DNA of 64,000 nucleotides from an uncultured virus (IMG/VR IMGVR_UViG_3300006417_000225) (lineage: Duplodnaviria > Heunggongvirae > Uroviricota > Caudoviricetes): IMG/VR virus record IMGVR_UViG_3300006417_000225; one strand, written 5' to 3'. Below are positions 48,988-58,736 of this stretch, piece by piece (the first letter of the stretch is position 1; the number at the start of each line of letters is the position of its first letter). The position numbers were made by a program, and so were the translations under genes. The notes under the pieces were generated by a model that saw only the letters and a list, made by a program, of their open reading frames with translations, did not search any database and had not been told where the DNA came from.

Positions 48988-49686
48988 TTATTTAATTGTT
49001 TGGGTGATATTATCTATTTTTCTACTCAATTCATTTACCTGAGAAATCATCATTTGATTTAATTCAGTTTGAGTATAACTATCTTTTGTACTACCTGATT
49101 CATTTAAATCAAGAGAAGTATAAAATTTTCCTTTTGCATTAGAGGAATCAATTGTTACTCTTTTAATAAGTTCTATACTCCCACATGTAGAATTTAAATA
49201 TACTTTGAAATTTACTATGATTGGGAATTTATCAAGAGGAATATATATACCATTAATAGCCTTATTACTCATAAGAATATTTATTGGCCCATATGCAGCT
49301 GTACCTATTATTGATACATCAGTGCCATAAGCTCCAACAGTTTCTTTTGGTAAATTGTTTAGTATATCATTTAAATTATATGAAAATGTTATACCAGATG
49401 CATCTGAATTAACTTCGTAATAAAAATCTCTATTTACTATTTTAGATGCACATGGTGTTATTTTACCTGTTAAACTTAAATTATTCCCATTAATCTTTAT
49501 ATCATCTGCTGATACATTTGATTTCTGAGTATTTGATGTTTCTTTTAATGCTTTTATTAGTTTAGTTACTACTGTATTCAAACTAGTACCTTTTTCTATT
49601 CCAAATTCTGGAATGTCATCCCCAGTCCACATTATTGTGGAATCTGGGGATGATAACATATTTTTATTACAATCTCTACACTCCAT
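48988..49686 (-). CDS. Putative virion structural protein, 232 aa
   Basis: N-terminal CxxC and WTGDDIP..GI..G.SL..VVTKL motif, beta-rich core and C-terminal coiled coil. Confidence 0.55.
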   Translation of the reverse strand: MECRDCNKNMLSSPDSTIMWTGDDIPEFGIEKGTSLNTVVTKLIKALKETSNTQKSNVSADDIKINGNNLSLTGKITPCASKIVNRDFYYEVNSDASGITFSYNLNDILNNLPKETVGAYGTDVSIIGTAAYGPINILMSNKAINGIYIPLDKFPIIVNFKVYLNSTCGSIELIKRVTIDSSNAKGKFYTSLDLNESGSTKDSYTQTELNQMMISQVNELSRKIDNITQTIK

Positions 49687-49690
49687 TATT

Positions 49691-52600
49691 TTAAGTATTT
49701 AAAGTATTAAAAGAAGTAACAGATTTGTCTGTTAGAGTAGTATCTGCCATACCAGCACCACAAATACCTACATTTCCATATCTAGCAGTAGCAGTTAATC
49801 TGTAACAATAAGGAGCATTATTAAGTTTAATAAGATTTCCACTTACTGTAAGATACATGCTATTGTATGGAGCTGGCATTGTAGCTAATCTTGCATTTGC
49901 AGAATTTGCAACATCATCTAATGTAGCTAAAAGTATTCTAGACCCATCAGGATTACTAAATTCTCTATCAGCAATAATTTGAGAAGAACATCCAGAAGTA
50001 TTTTTAATGAAGTGCTCTTCAGTTCCATTGGCTACTGTTCCTGCAACACCATTTATTCCATTATTAGAAGGATGCCCAGGGGTTAAAGTATTGTTACTCC
50101 ATATATATGCTCGTGGATTAGTACAAGCATTACCAGGACCAGGTACTATATTTATTATAGTCAAATCAGTTAAGAATGCATATTCGAAAGACGTAAATGG
50201 ATCCATAGGAGCTCCAATATCAACAGTATTCTTTGGTACATCTCCATTACAACATGTTCCAGATCCTAATGTAACAATTAAACTATCTGAAGCACTTACA
50301 CATGGTCCACTTCCATCATTATCATTAGCTGTCAATGTTAATGTTATAGTTCCTGCTGCAACATCAGATGCTGATGGTGTATAAGTTGTTACAGGATTTA
50401 ATGGATTTACAAAAGTACCAGTTCCTGATGTAGTCCATAAAGAAGATGAAGAATTAATAATTACTCCACTTAAATTTATTGGTGCTACACCTATTGAAGT
50501 AATGTCTGCACCTGCTAATGCTTGAGGAGGATTAACACAAGGACAAACTTGTTTCTGAAGATTAACACTTGATGTTAGTGTACATCCATTGCCATCAATT
50601 ACAGAAACATTAAGAATTATTGAACTTGAAAAATCACTCAAATTAATAGTTATTACAGAATCATTTACTGGATTTAATCCTGAATATGCTCCAAGTATAC
50701 TCCAAGTTACAGAATCCCCACGAAATACAGTACTTGTAATAAATGTTACAGAGGTTAATGTGTTACATATTAAATATGTTCCATTTACATATTCAACTCC
50801 TGTTGTTCCATTTAAAGGAACAATTGTTATAGGTGTTGGATTATTTACAGTTACAGTTGTAAATGCTTCATTTGAAATACACCCCTGATAATCAGTTACA
50901 ACTAAACTATAAGTTGTTGTTATAGAAGGTGTTACACTTAATGTAGCAGTATTTCCAATTACTACTCCATTAGATTTCCATTGATAAGAATAAGGAGATA
51001 CACCACCATTAATTGAAGATGCACTTAAAGTTGTACTTCCTCCAATACATACTGCATTTGGAGCTGCTGAAATTATAGGATGAATTTCAGGACAACTACA
51101 AGGATTTACTGTAATTACCTTTGTTTCAGCACAAATCCCTGAACCATAAGAAACTGTTATTGATCCAGCATTTGATGGTACATTTATTATTGTAGTAGGT
51201 GAATTACCATTCCATGTTACAGGAGTATTGAATACAAATCTTCTTGTAGATATATCAGGGCAAGAATCAGTCCAAGTTAATTCTACAGGTCCAGGTGTAA
51301 CAGATATAGTTACAGATGAAGAATTGTAATTATTAGTACATCCTTGAAGTGATATATTATTAACACTATAAGTAGTAGTTACTGAAGGATTAACTGTAAT
51401 ACTTGTTGGTATCCTTATTTGTTGTGGTGCACCTCCATTAGTATATAAATTAGCAGTAGTACCATTTGTACCAGATATACTTAATGTTACAGGTGATCCA
51501 GAACATATTGAAGTTTGACTAGCTTGGATAGTAGCAACTGGATTTGTAATTTTATTTATTGTTACTGTCCTATCTAAATTTTGTACACATCCATTTTTTG
51601 ATATTGAAACAACAGTAACTTTTTTATTATTTGTAGTTGAAGGAATTATAAAAGGAGAAAGTGTTAAAACTTGAGTTTTTGTTACACCATCTTCAATATA
51701 AGTTAATATAGATCCTTCTTTACCAGTTCCATCTATTATTGTTTGACCACTTCCACCTTCACAAAAATCTTTACCAGAAAGTGTTATAGAAGGGTTATAT
51801 CCACCACATCCACATTCATTATAGACTTTAGTTTTCTTACATCCATCAGAAAATATAAATGTAACTTCAGTTGAAACTCCTCTAGTTAATCTAATAGTGA
51901 ATACTCCTCCTAATAAACTAACAGAATTAGCACCTGTAATACTAGAAATTGTAAAAGAACCCTGATTAGAGTTTATTTTAACTTGATATTCATCACCAGG
52001 AATATTACAATCAATTATATCACTAACTGTTCTCTGTGTTAATGCTGGAATTGTAAAATCAATATTGCAACTATTACTGTGATTTAATTTAATGTAAGCA
52101 CTTTTTATTTCCTCTTCATTAGGTGTAGACATAAATACACCAACAGCATTTTGTTGAGTGTATCTTTCATTTCCTGTTTTCGTACTATCCCATACTACCA
52201 TTTTACTTCCACCAGAAGCATTATGAACAAATGTTTTGAATTTTGCTCCATTAATCCATAATTCATAAAGTACTTGAGCATCATCAGGTATACCACTACC
52301 AAATTGTCTTATATCTTGGTTTACATCACATGGTATAGGAAAATTATTAAATTTAATTGCTGTATTACAAGAATTAAATGAAGCAGTAATACCTGTTGGA
52401 TTACAGAATGTAACATTATTTAATGATGCAACTCTTTCACATGAACAGTCATTCTCAACTCTCCAATCTCTTCCACTCCATAAACCACCTTCAGGTGATT
52501 GCAATGGATATTTGCCTTTATTAAAATTATCCTTTGGTCCATATAATATATCCTTATATATATTACCAGATCTTGGAATATATACACTTCTATATTTTTC

Positions 52601-54538
52601 AAGCAATCCTTTACCTCTAAACCATGTAAATCTTGGATTTCTTTTATCTGTAGATTTTATATTTATAAACCTCTCATAATTACTATTTCCTAAAAAATTT
52701 GTATTTATAAAATCATTACTTGTAATATTATACTCACCTATTATCCTCCCATCAACAGGATAATTACAGTTATTTGGAAACTTAAAAGAAGAAGATTGTT
52801 TGAATGTAAATAAATAAGAATAAATAGTTGTTCTATAAGAATTTGTTTTTTCTACTTCTTCCCCTATTTTCAATAGTGAAAATAATTGAGTTTCTGCAAA
52901 TGCTTTATTATTTAAATTAAAAGACATTGACTCAGATACAGTTTGTATTGTATAAGAGTTATCTGATAAGTTAACTTTTTTAGTACTTTTCTTTAGTACC
53001 AATTCAATATCTCCTAATATAGGTAAATCATTATCTGCTATACTTGAGTTATATATTTCATCTACTCTTGGTGATATTATTCTATTACCTTTTCTTACCT
53101 CAAGTACAAATTTTATAGCAAAATTTTTATCTGAATTTGTTAATTGAGTTACTCTTGTATCTAAAGTCATTATAGGACAATCACACCCTTCTTTCATTGA
53201 AAGCTCAGCTTTCAAATCACATGTTTCATCTATTTTTTCAAGTTTAAATGTATCAGTACATTTATAATCAGGATCAGATACACAAATTCCATTTACGCAT
53301 TTACATCCTTCATGATTACTACATTCTTCACAAGAATAATTTGCACAATCTTCACAAGTACCTTCATCACATGTACAACCCTTTTTACAATCAAATGTAT
53401 TCGAGCAGTTTTCTTTTAAGCATCCCTCTGCATCTACACATGAATTTCCATTACATTTACATCCAAGTATTTTACTACATAGAGCAGGATTTGTACTACA
53501 ATTAGCTGAATTGCATGGTACGCATTCTCCATTTAAGCACCCACAACCTGGACCACAATCAGTACCATTTACACAAGAACCTTTACATGGTTTTGGCTTA
53601 CATTTACCATTATCACAATAACATCCTGGACCACAATCATTATTAGTTAAACAACCCCCTTCACATGATGAACAATAACATTTACCACTATTTGATGTTA
53701 TACATGCATCTTTAGTATTACAAGTTGGTTTATTACAATCACATTCTGGTTTACATTCATCTAATTCTTCAATACATACATATCCAGATGGACATATTCT
53801 TGGAACACATTGTCCATCTATACAATCATAACAAGCTGGACATGGTGTATCAGGACCGCATGGTGGTTTTGGAATACATGTTTTTGTTATTGGGTCATAT
53901 ATTGCTGTATCTTTACAGCAAAGACATATACCATTGTAACAACATTCATTTGGACCTTTACAGTCGTTATTATTATTACATCCTATACATTCACAAGTAT
54001 TTGGATCAACTACACCGTTCGCACATTTTTTAGTTGTCCATTTATTACCTACACATATTAAACATTTATTATTAGGATTTATGTCTCCTTGTACACATTC
54101 AACACATTTACCTGATATAGGATCCCATTTACCTTGTGGGCATTGACAGCCTCCTTGAATACAAATCATATCACCAGGGCAATCATTGTCATCCTTACAA
54201 TCAACACAATCTCCTGTTACTGGATCACAATTATCACATAATGCTACACATTCCCCATCAATACAAGTATGACATGGTGGACAATCTCCAGATTCATTAC
54301 AAAAACATATTGTTTTTATAATATTTGGACAATTTGTACACCCTATTGTTCTTATTGTATATTGAATACATGGATTACATCCTTCTACTTCATCACTAAT
54401 TGCAAATTCTGCACCATTATTTCCTATAAGGCATTGTAATGCTACACATGAAGATAATGTACTCCATGTTATTTCATATTGTGATGAATCACTTAAATTT
54501 GATGATACCCCTTCAATGGTATATTTTATAATTCTCAT
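49691..54538 (-). CDS. Cys-rich repeat plus Ig/PKD-like domain virion surface protein, 1615 aa
   Basis: About 400 N-terminal aa of C-x(2-5)-C..C.nG.C repeats. The C-terminal half has Ig-like repeats (SICSGSPVTL, AVCIGGSTTL..YSYQW..TTTYSLVVTD.QGC). Confidence 0.7.
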   Translation of the reverse strand: MRIIKYTIEGVSSNLSDSSQYEITWSTLSSCVALQCLIGNNGAEFAISDEVEGCNPCIQYTIRTIGCTNCPNIIKTICFCNESGDCPPCHTCIDGECVALCDNCDPVTGDCVDCKDDNDCPGDMICIQGGCQCPQGKWDPISGKCVECVQGDINPNNKCLICVGNKWTTKKCANGVVDPNTCECIGCNNNNDCKGPNECCYNGICLCCKDTAIYDPITKTCIPKPPCGPDTPCPACYDCIDGQCVPRICPSGYVCIEELDECKPECDCNKPTCNTKDACITSNSGKCYCSSCEGGCLTNNDCGPGCYCDNGKCKPKPCKGSCVNGTDCGPGCGCLNGECVPCNSANCSTNPALCSKILGCKCNGNSCVDAEGCLKENCSNTFDCKKGCTCDEGTCEDCANYSCEECSNHEGCKCVNGICVSDPDYKCTDTFKLEKIDETCDLKAELSMKEGCDCPIMTLDTRVTQLTNSDKNFAIKFVLEVRKGNRIISPRVDEIYNSSIADNDLPILGDIELVLKKSTKKVNLSDNSYTIQTVSESMSFNLNNKAFAETQLFSLLKIGEEVEKTNSYRTTIYSYLFTFKQSSSFKFPNNCNYPVDGRIIGEYNITSNDFINTNFLGNSNYERFINIKSTDKRNPRFTWFRGKGLLEKYRSVYIPRSGNIYKDILYGPKDNFNKGKYPLQSPEGGLWSGRDWRVENDCSCERVASLNNVTFCNPTGITASFNSCNTAIKFNNFPIPCDVNQDIRQFGSGIPDDAQVLYELWINGAKFKTFVHNASGGSKMVVWDSTKTGNERYTQQNAVGVFMSTPNEEEIKSAYIKLNHSNSCNIDFTIPALTQRTVSDIIDCNIPGDEYQVKINSNQGSFTISSITGANSVSLLGGVFTIRLTRGVSTEVTFIFSDGCKKTKVYNECGCGGYNPSITLSGKDFCEGGSGQTIIDGTGKEGSILTYIEDGVTKTQVLTLSPFIIPSTTNNKKVTVVSISKNGCVQNLDRTVTINKITNPVATIQASQTSICSGSPVTLSISGTNGTTANLYTNGGAPQQIRIPTSITVNPSVTTTYSVNNISLQGCTNNYNSSSVTISVTPGPVELTWTDSCPDISTRRFVFNTPVTWNGNSPTTIINVPSNAGSITVSYGSGICAETKVITVNPCSCPEIHPIISAAPNAVCIGGSTTLSASSINGGVSPYSYQWKSNGVVIGNTATLSVTPSITTTYSLVVTDYQGCISNEAFTTVTVNNPTPITIVPLNGTTGVEYVNGTYLICNTLTSVTFITSTVFRGDSVTWSILGAYSGLNPVNDSVITINLSDFSSSIILNVSVIDGNGCTLTSSVNLQKQVCPCVNPPQALAGADITSIGVAPINLSGVIINSSSSLWTTSGTGTFVNPLNPVTTYTPSASDVAAGTITLTLTANDNDGSGPCVSASDSLIVTLGSGTCCNGDVPKNTVDIGAPMDPFTSFEYAFLTDLTIINIVPGPGNACTNPRAYIWSNNTLTPGHPSNNGINGVAGTVANGTEEHFIKNTSGCSSQIIADREFSNPDGSRILLATLDDVANSANARLATMPAPYNSMYLTVSGNLIKLNNAPYCYRLTATARYGNVGICGAGMADTTLTDKSVTSFNTLNT

Positions 54539-54544
54539 TTTATT

Positions 54545-55270
54545 TTAATTTAAAATAATTTTAGTTTCTATAAGATCATTTATCATTTTATCTTTTACTT
54601 TCCCGTTGACTTTAATATCACATAATTCATAAGAATTTCCATTAACTTCAATAGTACAATTATCTTCCTGTTTTGAAGATGTTATTATCATATTACAACG
54701 TAACATTTCTTTTACTAGTTCATGTGATAATTCACATTTTATTAATTCTTTATAAACTTTATAATTTATTTTACAATCAGTTAAATCACCATATTCTTTT
54801 TTCAATGTAAAATCAAGTTTATAATCTGAAGGTAAAAAATACTCATTATCTGGTAAAGCTGCTCTTTCTGGATTTTCTTTAGCCCATTGTTCATATTCTG
54901 ATAAATCAATTATTAATGATTCATTATTTTCTGGACATAATTCAATAAGATCTTTTGCTTGTTCAATTATATGATTTACTTGTTTATTGGTAAGTTTTGT
55001 TTTATTACCTGATAATAAAAATTTTCTATATCTTTTTAAAAATAAAATATATATATTTGCTTTTAAAATTTGATCAAAATCATAACAATCTCTAAAATCA
55101 TATTTTTTTGATATATACCAATTGTTACTATTATAAATTATAAGATTCTCTAGCTTTGAAACTAAAGAATCTATATCACTTAAAGAAATAACATAACAAT
55201 TTGTACAATATTGTTTACAACAGTCCCCACAATTTATTGGGTGAAGTATTTTATTTCTTATAAAGAACAT
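54545..55270 (-). CDS. Hypothetical Cys-containing virion-module protein, 241 aa
   Basis: Coupled ORF with an N-terminal CGDCCKQYCTNC cluster. Confidence 0.6.
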   Translation of the reverse strand: MFFIRNKILHPINCGDCCKQYCTNCYVISLSDIDSLVSKLENLIIYNSNNWYISKKYDFRDCYDFDQILKANIYILFLKRYRKFLLSGNKTKLTNKQVNHIIEQAKDLIELCPENNESLIIDLSEYEQWAKENPERAALPDNEYFLPSDYKLDFTLKKEYGDLTDCKINYKVYKELIKCELSHELVKEMLRCNMIITSSKQEDNCTIEVNGNSYELCDIKVNGKVKDKMINDLIETKIILN

Positions 55271-56490
55271 TAATCGTAATCTTCAAATTCTTTTATTGGA
55301 TTATAAAATGAACCTTTTTTATTAAAATCACCCCATATTATATATTGTACTAAACCATACCTTCTGTTACCTATTTTAACTGCTCTACAATCAATATGAT
55401 TAGCTCCACTTGGATATGTTCCAAATCCTCTTATTTTATAATTTAATAGCTCTCTAAAAGGACCTTTTTGATTAACTATATCATTTATAAATTTCAATTC
55501 TGTAGATTGTGCTTTTTTACCTATAAATCTCCAATCAATTGCATTTCTAAATTGATGTTGTGAAAATTTTGCTCCACCTGATATTTTATTACAGTTAATA
55601 TCTCTGTATGAAGAATTTATTTTTATAGGTACTCCGTAATATGTTCTTATAAACTGAAGAGCATCTATTGTATTTTTAGCTAAAAAATGTCCTATTTCAT
55701 ATTTAGGATATGTACATTTACTAAGTAATTCATTTTTAGTAAAATTATCAGTTACATTATAATTTTTTTTATTATTTGGTATAAATGTATATGTTATACC
55801 TTCATATATAAAATTATCAAAATTTCCAATATTTACCCTTGCTCCAGCAATATCATCTATTTGAAGATTAGAATAAACTTTATTAGGATTAGTAACAGAA
55901 AATTCACTATCATGCATTAATCCACCTATTAAATGCCCAAATTCATGTAGTATAACAGTATAGTAAGTATATTTAGCTTTATCTCTATCTTTTACATATC
56001 CATACATATCCGCTAAATCCATTTTAACTGTAGATTTTCCGTGTTGTCCTTTTGTTGGTGGAAATGAGCTTAAAGCTAAATTTGCTCCTTTACCTTCATC
56101 TTCTAAGAATCTAAAAGTTATTACTGCATTTGATTTATCTTTAGTATCAACTTCATATACATCTTTTAAAACAGCAAAAGCCCATTCATCTGCTGCTATT
56201 TTTGTTTTAGCTTTTATATAAAGTTTATCATTTTCATTAAAATAATCTGTTATTAAATTGCCATTTTTATTTTTAACTGGTGGATATTCTATATAATATC
56301 TTATACTTGAACTATCTTTCCAACTTTCATTAGATGGTCTATATGCAGCACTTTCTTGCAGATTACATACATGTGTACTATCTTTATTTTGAAGTGATGA
56401 TATCACTTCATCCATTAATATATTTGTTTTATTTTCTTTAGTGCAAGAGAATAATAAAAGTAACATTAAATAACTTATTATCTTATTCAT
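55270..56490 (-). CDS. Lipoprotein with matrixin-like (M10) and M15-type peptidase domains, 406 aa
   Basis: Lipobox LLLFSC; HEFGHLIGGLMH zinc motif; PIKINSSYR..GGAKFSQH..AID..GFGTY..NHID M15 motif. Confidence 0.8.
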   Translation of the reverse strand: MNKIISYLMLLLLFSCTKENKTNILMDEVISSLQNKDSTHVCNLQESAAYRPSNESWKDSSSIRYYIEYPPVKNKNGNLITDYFNENDKLYIKAKTKIAADEWAFAVLKDVYEVDTKDKSNAVITFRFLEDEGKGANLALSSFPPTKGQHGKSTVKMDLADMYGYVKDRDKAKYTYYTVILHEFGHLIGGLMHDSEFSVTNPNKVYSNLQIDDIAGARVNIGNFDNFIYEGITYTFIPNNKKNYNVTDNFTKNELLSKCTYPKYEIGHFLAKNTIDALQFIRTYYGVPIKINSSYRDINCNKISGGAKFSQHQFRNAIDWRFIGKKAQSTELKFINDIVNQKGPFRELLNYKIRGFGTYPSGANHIDCRAVKIGNRRYGLVQYIIWGDFNKKGSFYNPIKEFEDYD

Positions 56491-56492
56491 TT

Positions 56493-56780
56493 TTATATTT
56501 TAATAATCATATTTGCATATTGAATACTATCAACTCTTACTACTGTAGTATTATTTCTTAAACTATGTCTTACAGCTTTTTCGTATATTGATTCAATTTT
56601 ATTACTATCATATGGATTTACAATGTAATATCTTATTGAATCAAGTTTCTCATCACTAAACAAATTAGTACTATCAATAATTCCATATGGTGTTGAATCT
56701 ATAGCTTTTTTCATTAAAATATCTGTATCTGAAGTACATGATAATAAAAAAAAGGTTATAAAAATTAATAACTTTTTCAT
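56493..56780 (-). CDS. Small lipoprotein, truncated paralog of the 406-aa peptidase N-terminus
   Basis: Lipobox FLLSC; DILM..IDS, DSIRYYI and ANMII align with NILM..ISS, SSIRYYI and SNAVI of the next gene. Confidence 0.55.
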   Translation of the reverse strand: MKKLLIFITFFLLSCTSDTDILMKKAIDSTPYGIIDSTNLFSDEKLDSIRYYIVNPYDSNKIESIYEKAVRHSLRNNTTVVRVDSIQYANMIIKI

Positions 56781-56798
56781 GATTCAATATTTAGTTAA

Positions 56799-57602
56799 TT
56801 ATGCTGATGTGTCATTTGATGCTGTTACTCTAAATGTAGCTGAAAATTTAAATGGATATGTTTCTGTTTAGTCAGGTGTAGTTAAAATAATAACATCACC
56901 TTCTTGAAATTCTGTTCCTGTATAATTTGCTGTTGCCCATGCAGATATGGTTGAGTATGTTGTATCTACAGTTACATCTGTTATTGACAAAGAACTTATT
57001 GATATTTCATAAGAACTTGGATCAATACTTAAAAAAGAAGTAGAACCTGAAGAAACTGTAAGTTTTTTAGACATTAATCCACTTACAGACTGAGTTAGAT
57101 TATTATTTCCAGATGGATCAAGTATTACATCACCTTTTAATGTAGTACCAGTTACAGTAAGATCAATTGTATTGGTATCTGAAATTGCAGTTATGTAACT
57201 AGAAGGTATATTTGCCCATGATATAGTACCGCCAGAGAAAGTTAATACTTGACCATTACTTGCTCCAGTAGTTTTTATAGATACACCTAAAGTATTACCA
57301 GATAAAGCAGTTTCTACAATTCCACTGCCTACAATATTTAATTGAGCACCTGCCTGGATATCTCCAGTGTTTGTGCCATCACTTACAACCCATGATGTAT
57401 CATTAGAAGTACCTAATTTAATTAATTTACCATCATAATCTCCTACATATATTTCAAGAGCATTATTTGGTAAATAGAACATACCATGCATTGCTGTTTC
57501 AGCAGTATCAATAGCTAATATTGCTGTTTTAGTATTAACAGCATTTATCTTTATATGATCTCTTACTGTTGCTGGTCCTATTGTTCTTGGTGATGTTGAC
57601 AT
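56799..57602 (-). pseudogene. Tail-fibre-like beta-rich protein interrupted by an in-frame TAA (244 aa + 22 aa)
   Basis: The ORF stops at 56868-56870 after ...ILTTPD, but the frame continues TETYPFKFSATFRVTASNDTSA to a TAA at 56799-56801. Confidence 0.4.
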
Positions 57603-57605
57603 TTT

Positions 57606-57944
57606 TTATTTTTTTATATAATATGAAAGTGGATTATCAGCTATTTTTACATTTTCTAACCACTCCCATTTATCCTCACTTATATCAGATAATATAGTAT
57701 TAAAAGCGTCTTTTTTTTGAGTTTCTTCGCCATTAATCATTACAGAATTTTCACTTACTGAAATATTTACAGGAATAGTGTTAAGCATATTTGCTTCTTT
57801 TGAATATAAATTTATTTCTACTGTTATTCTTTTTCTTTGTGGATCTATCCTATAAGCTAAACCAAAAAAAGTTTCATCTTTTTTATAAAGATCATATCCA
57901 CCTCCATTTTTAGGAAACTCTATGTTTTTTGTTAATTTTATCAT
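57606..57944 (-). CDS. Hypothetical protein (112 aa)
   Basis: ATG overlaps the stop of the extended upstream frame (ATGA at 57941-57944). Confidence 0.65.
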   Translation of the reverse strand: MIKLTKNIEFPKNGGGYDLYKKDETFFGLAYRIDPQRKRITVEINLYSKEANMLNTIPVNISVSENSVMINGEETQKKDAFNTILSDISEDKWEWLENVKIADNPLSYYIKK

Positions 57945-58426
57945 AATTTTTCTGTATTTATTGATCCATCAGTTGTTACTCTGATTTTCCATCTATCACC
58001 ATTTATATCTTTATAAATAAAACCTTCCTCCGGATCTGTAACTTCATAACTGCCTTCTGATACATTTAAATTTACTGCATTTCCATCTTTACCTATTATT
58101 CAGTGTTGACCTTTATTTGATATTACAACAGAATTTGTATTTATAACATTCCCTGAAATAGATGGTTCATAACTTAATTTATTATTATTTACAATTAAAT
58201 AATTAACAGTTTTATATAATTCAAGAAGACCATTTGTATTAAAAAATATTTTCCATACATATTTATTTCCATTATTGTTATATATTATAAATGAATTAGG
58301 TTGATCATATTTAGGTATATTATTATCTATCCATTTTTGAACTTCAGACTCTAAAGGATTATTAGGATCTGCAAATGCTGCTGGCGGTATTTCATACTCT
58401 TCACCAAGACCATAATGACTACCCAT
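57941..58426 (-). pseudogene. Tail-fibre-associated protein interrupted by an in-frame TGA (108 aa + 52 aa)
   Basis: After the TGA at 58100-58102 the frame continues IIGKDG..EVTDPEEGFIYKDINGDRWKIRVTTDGSINTEKL and ends in an ATGA overlap with the next gene. Confidence 0.6.
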
Positions 58427-58440
58427 AAATTATATTTATT

Positions 58441-58629
58441 CTATTGAATTAACTGAAACTGTAAAACCCAATTATTATTTTCGTATTTATAAAATGTACC
58501 CGATTCTTTATCTAAATATATATTTCCATTACATCCTTTTAAAGTAGGCTCTCCATTACCAAAAATAATAGAAGTATTATGACAATTACAATATTTTTTT
58601 ATTAATTGTATTAAATCTTTTTCACTTAC
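58441..58629 (-). pseudogene. Start-less remnant of a small tail-fibre-associated gene
   Basis: Open frame VSEKDLIQLIKKYCNC..GNGEPTLKGCNGNIYLDKESGTFYKYENNNW..* has no ATG/GTG/TTG start and abuts the edge of the GC-rich insert. Confidence 0.5.
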
Positions 58630-58736
58630 CGTTGGATGAACCTCGACGTATGGTCTGTAAATCTGTAACCATTATTATAGATTTCAGCGTCCATCCACGC
58701 TGTCGCAATTATGAATATGATGTATATTGCTATCAT
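58626..58736 (-). pseudogene. Short, probably truncated membrane-protein ORF (36 aa)
   Basis: ATGA-coupled to the 376-aa gene: MIAIYIIFIIATAWMDAEIYNNGYRFTDHTSRFIQR*. It ends exactly where base composition changes. Confidence 0.4.
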
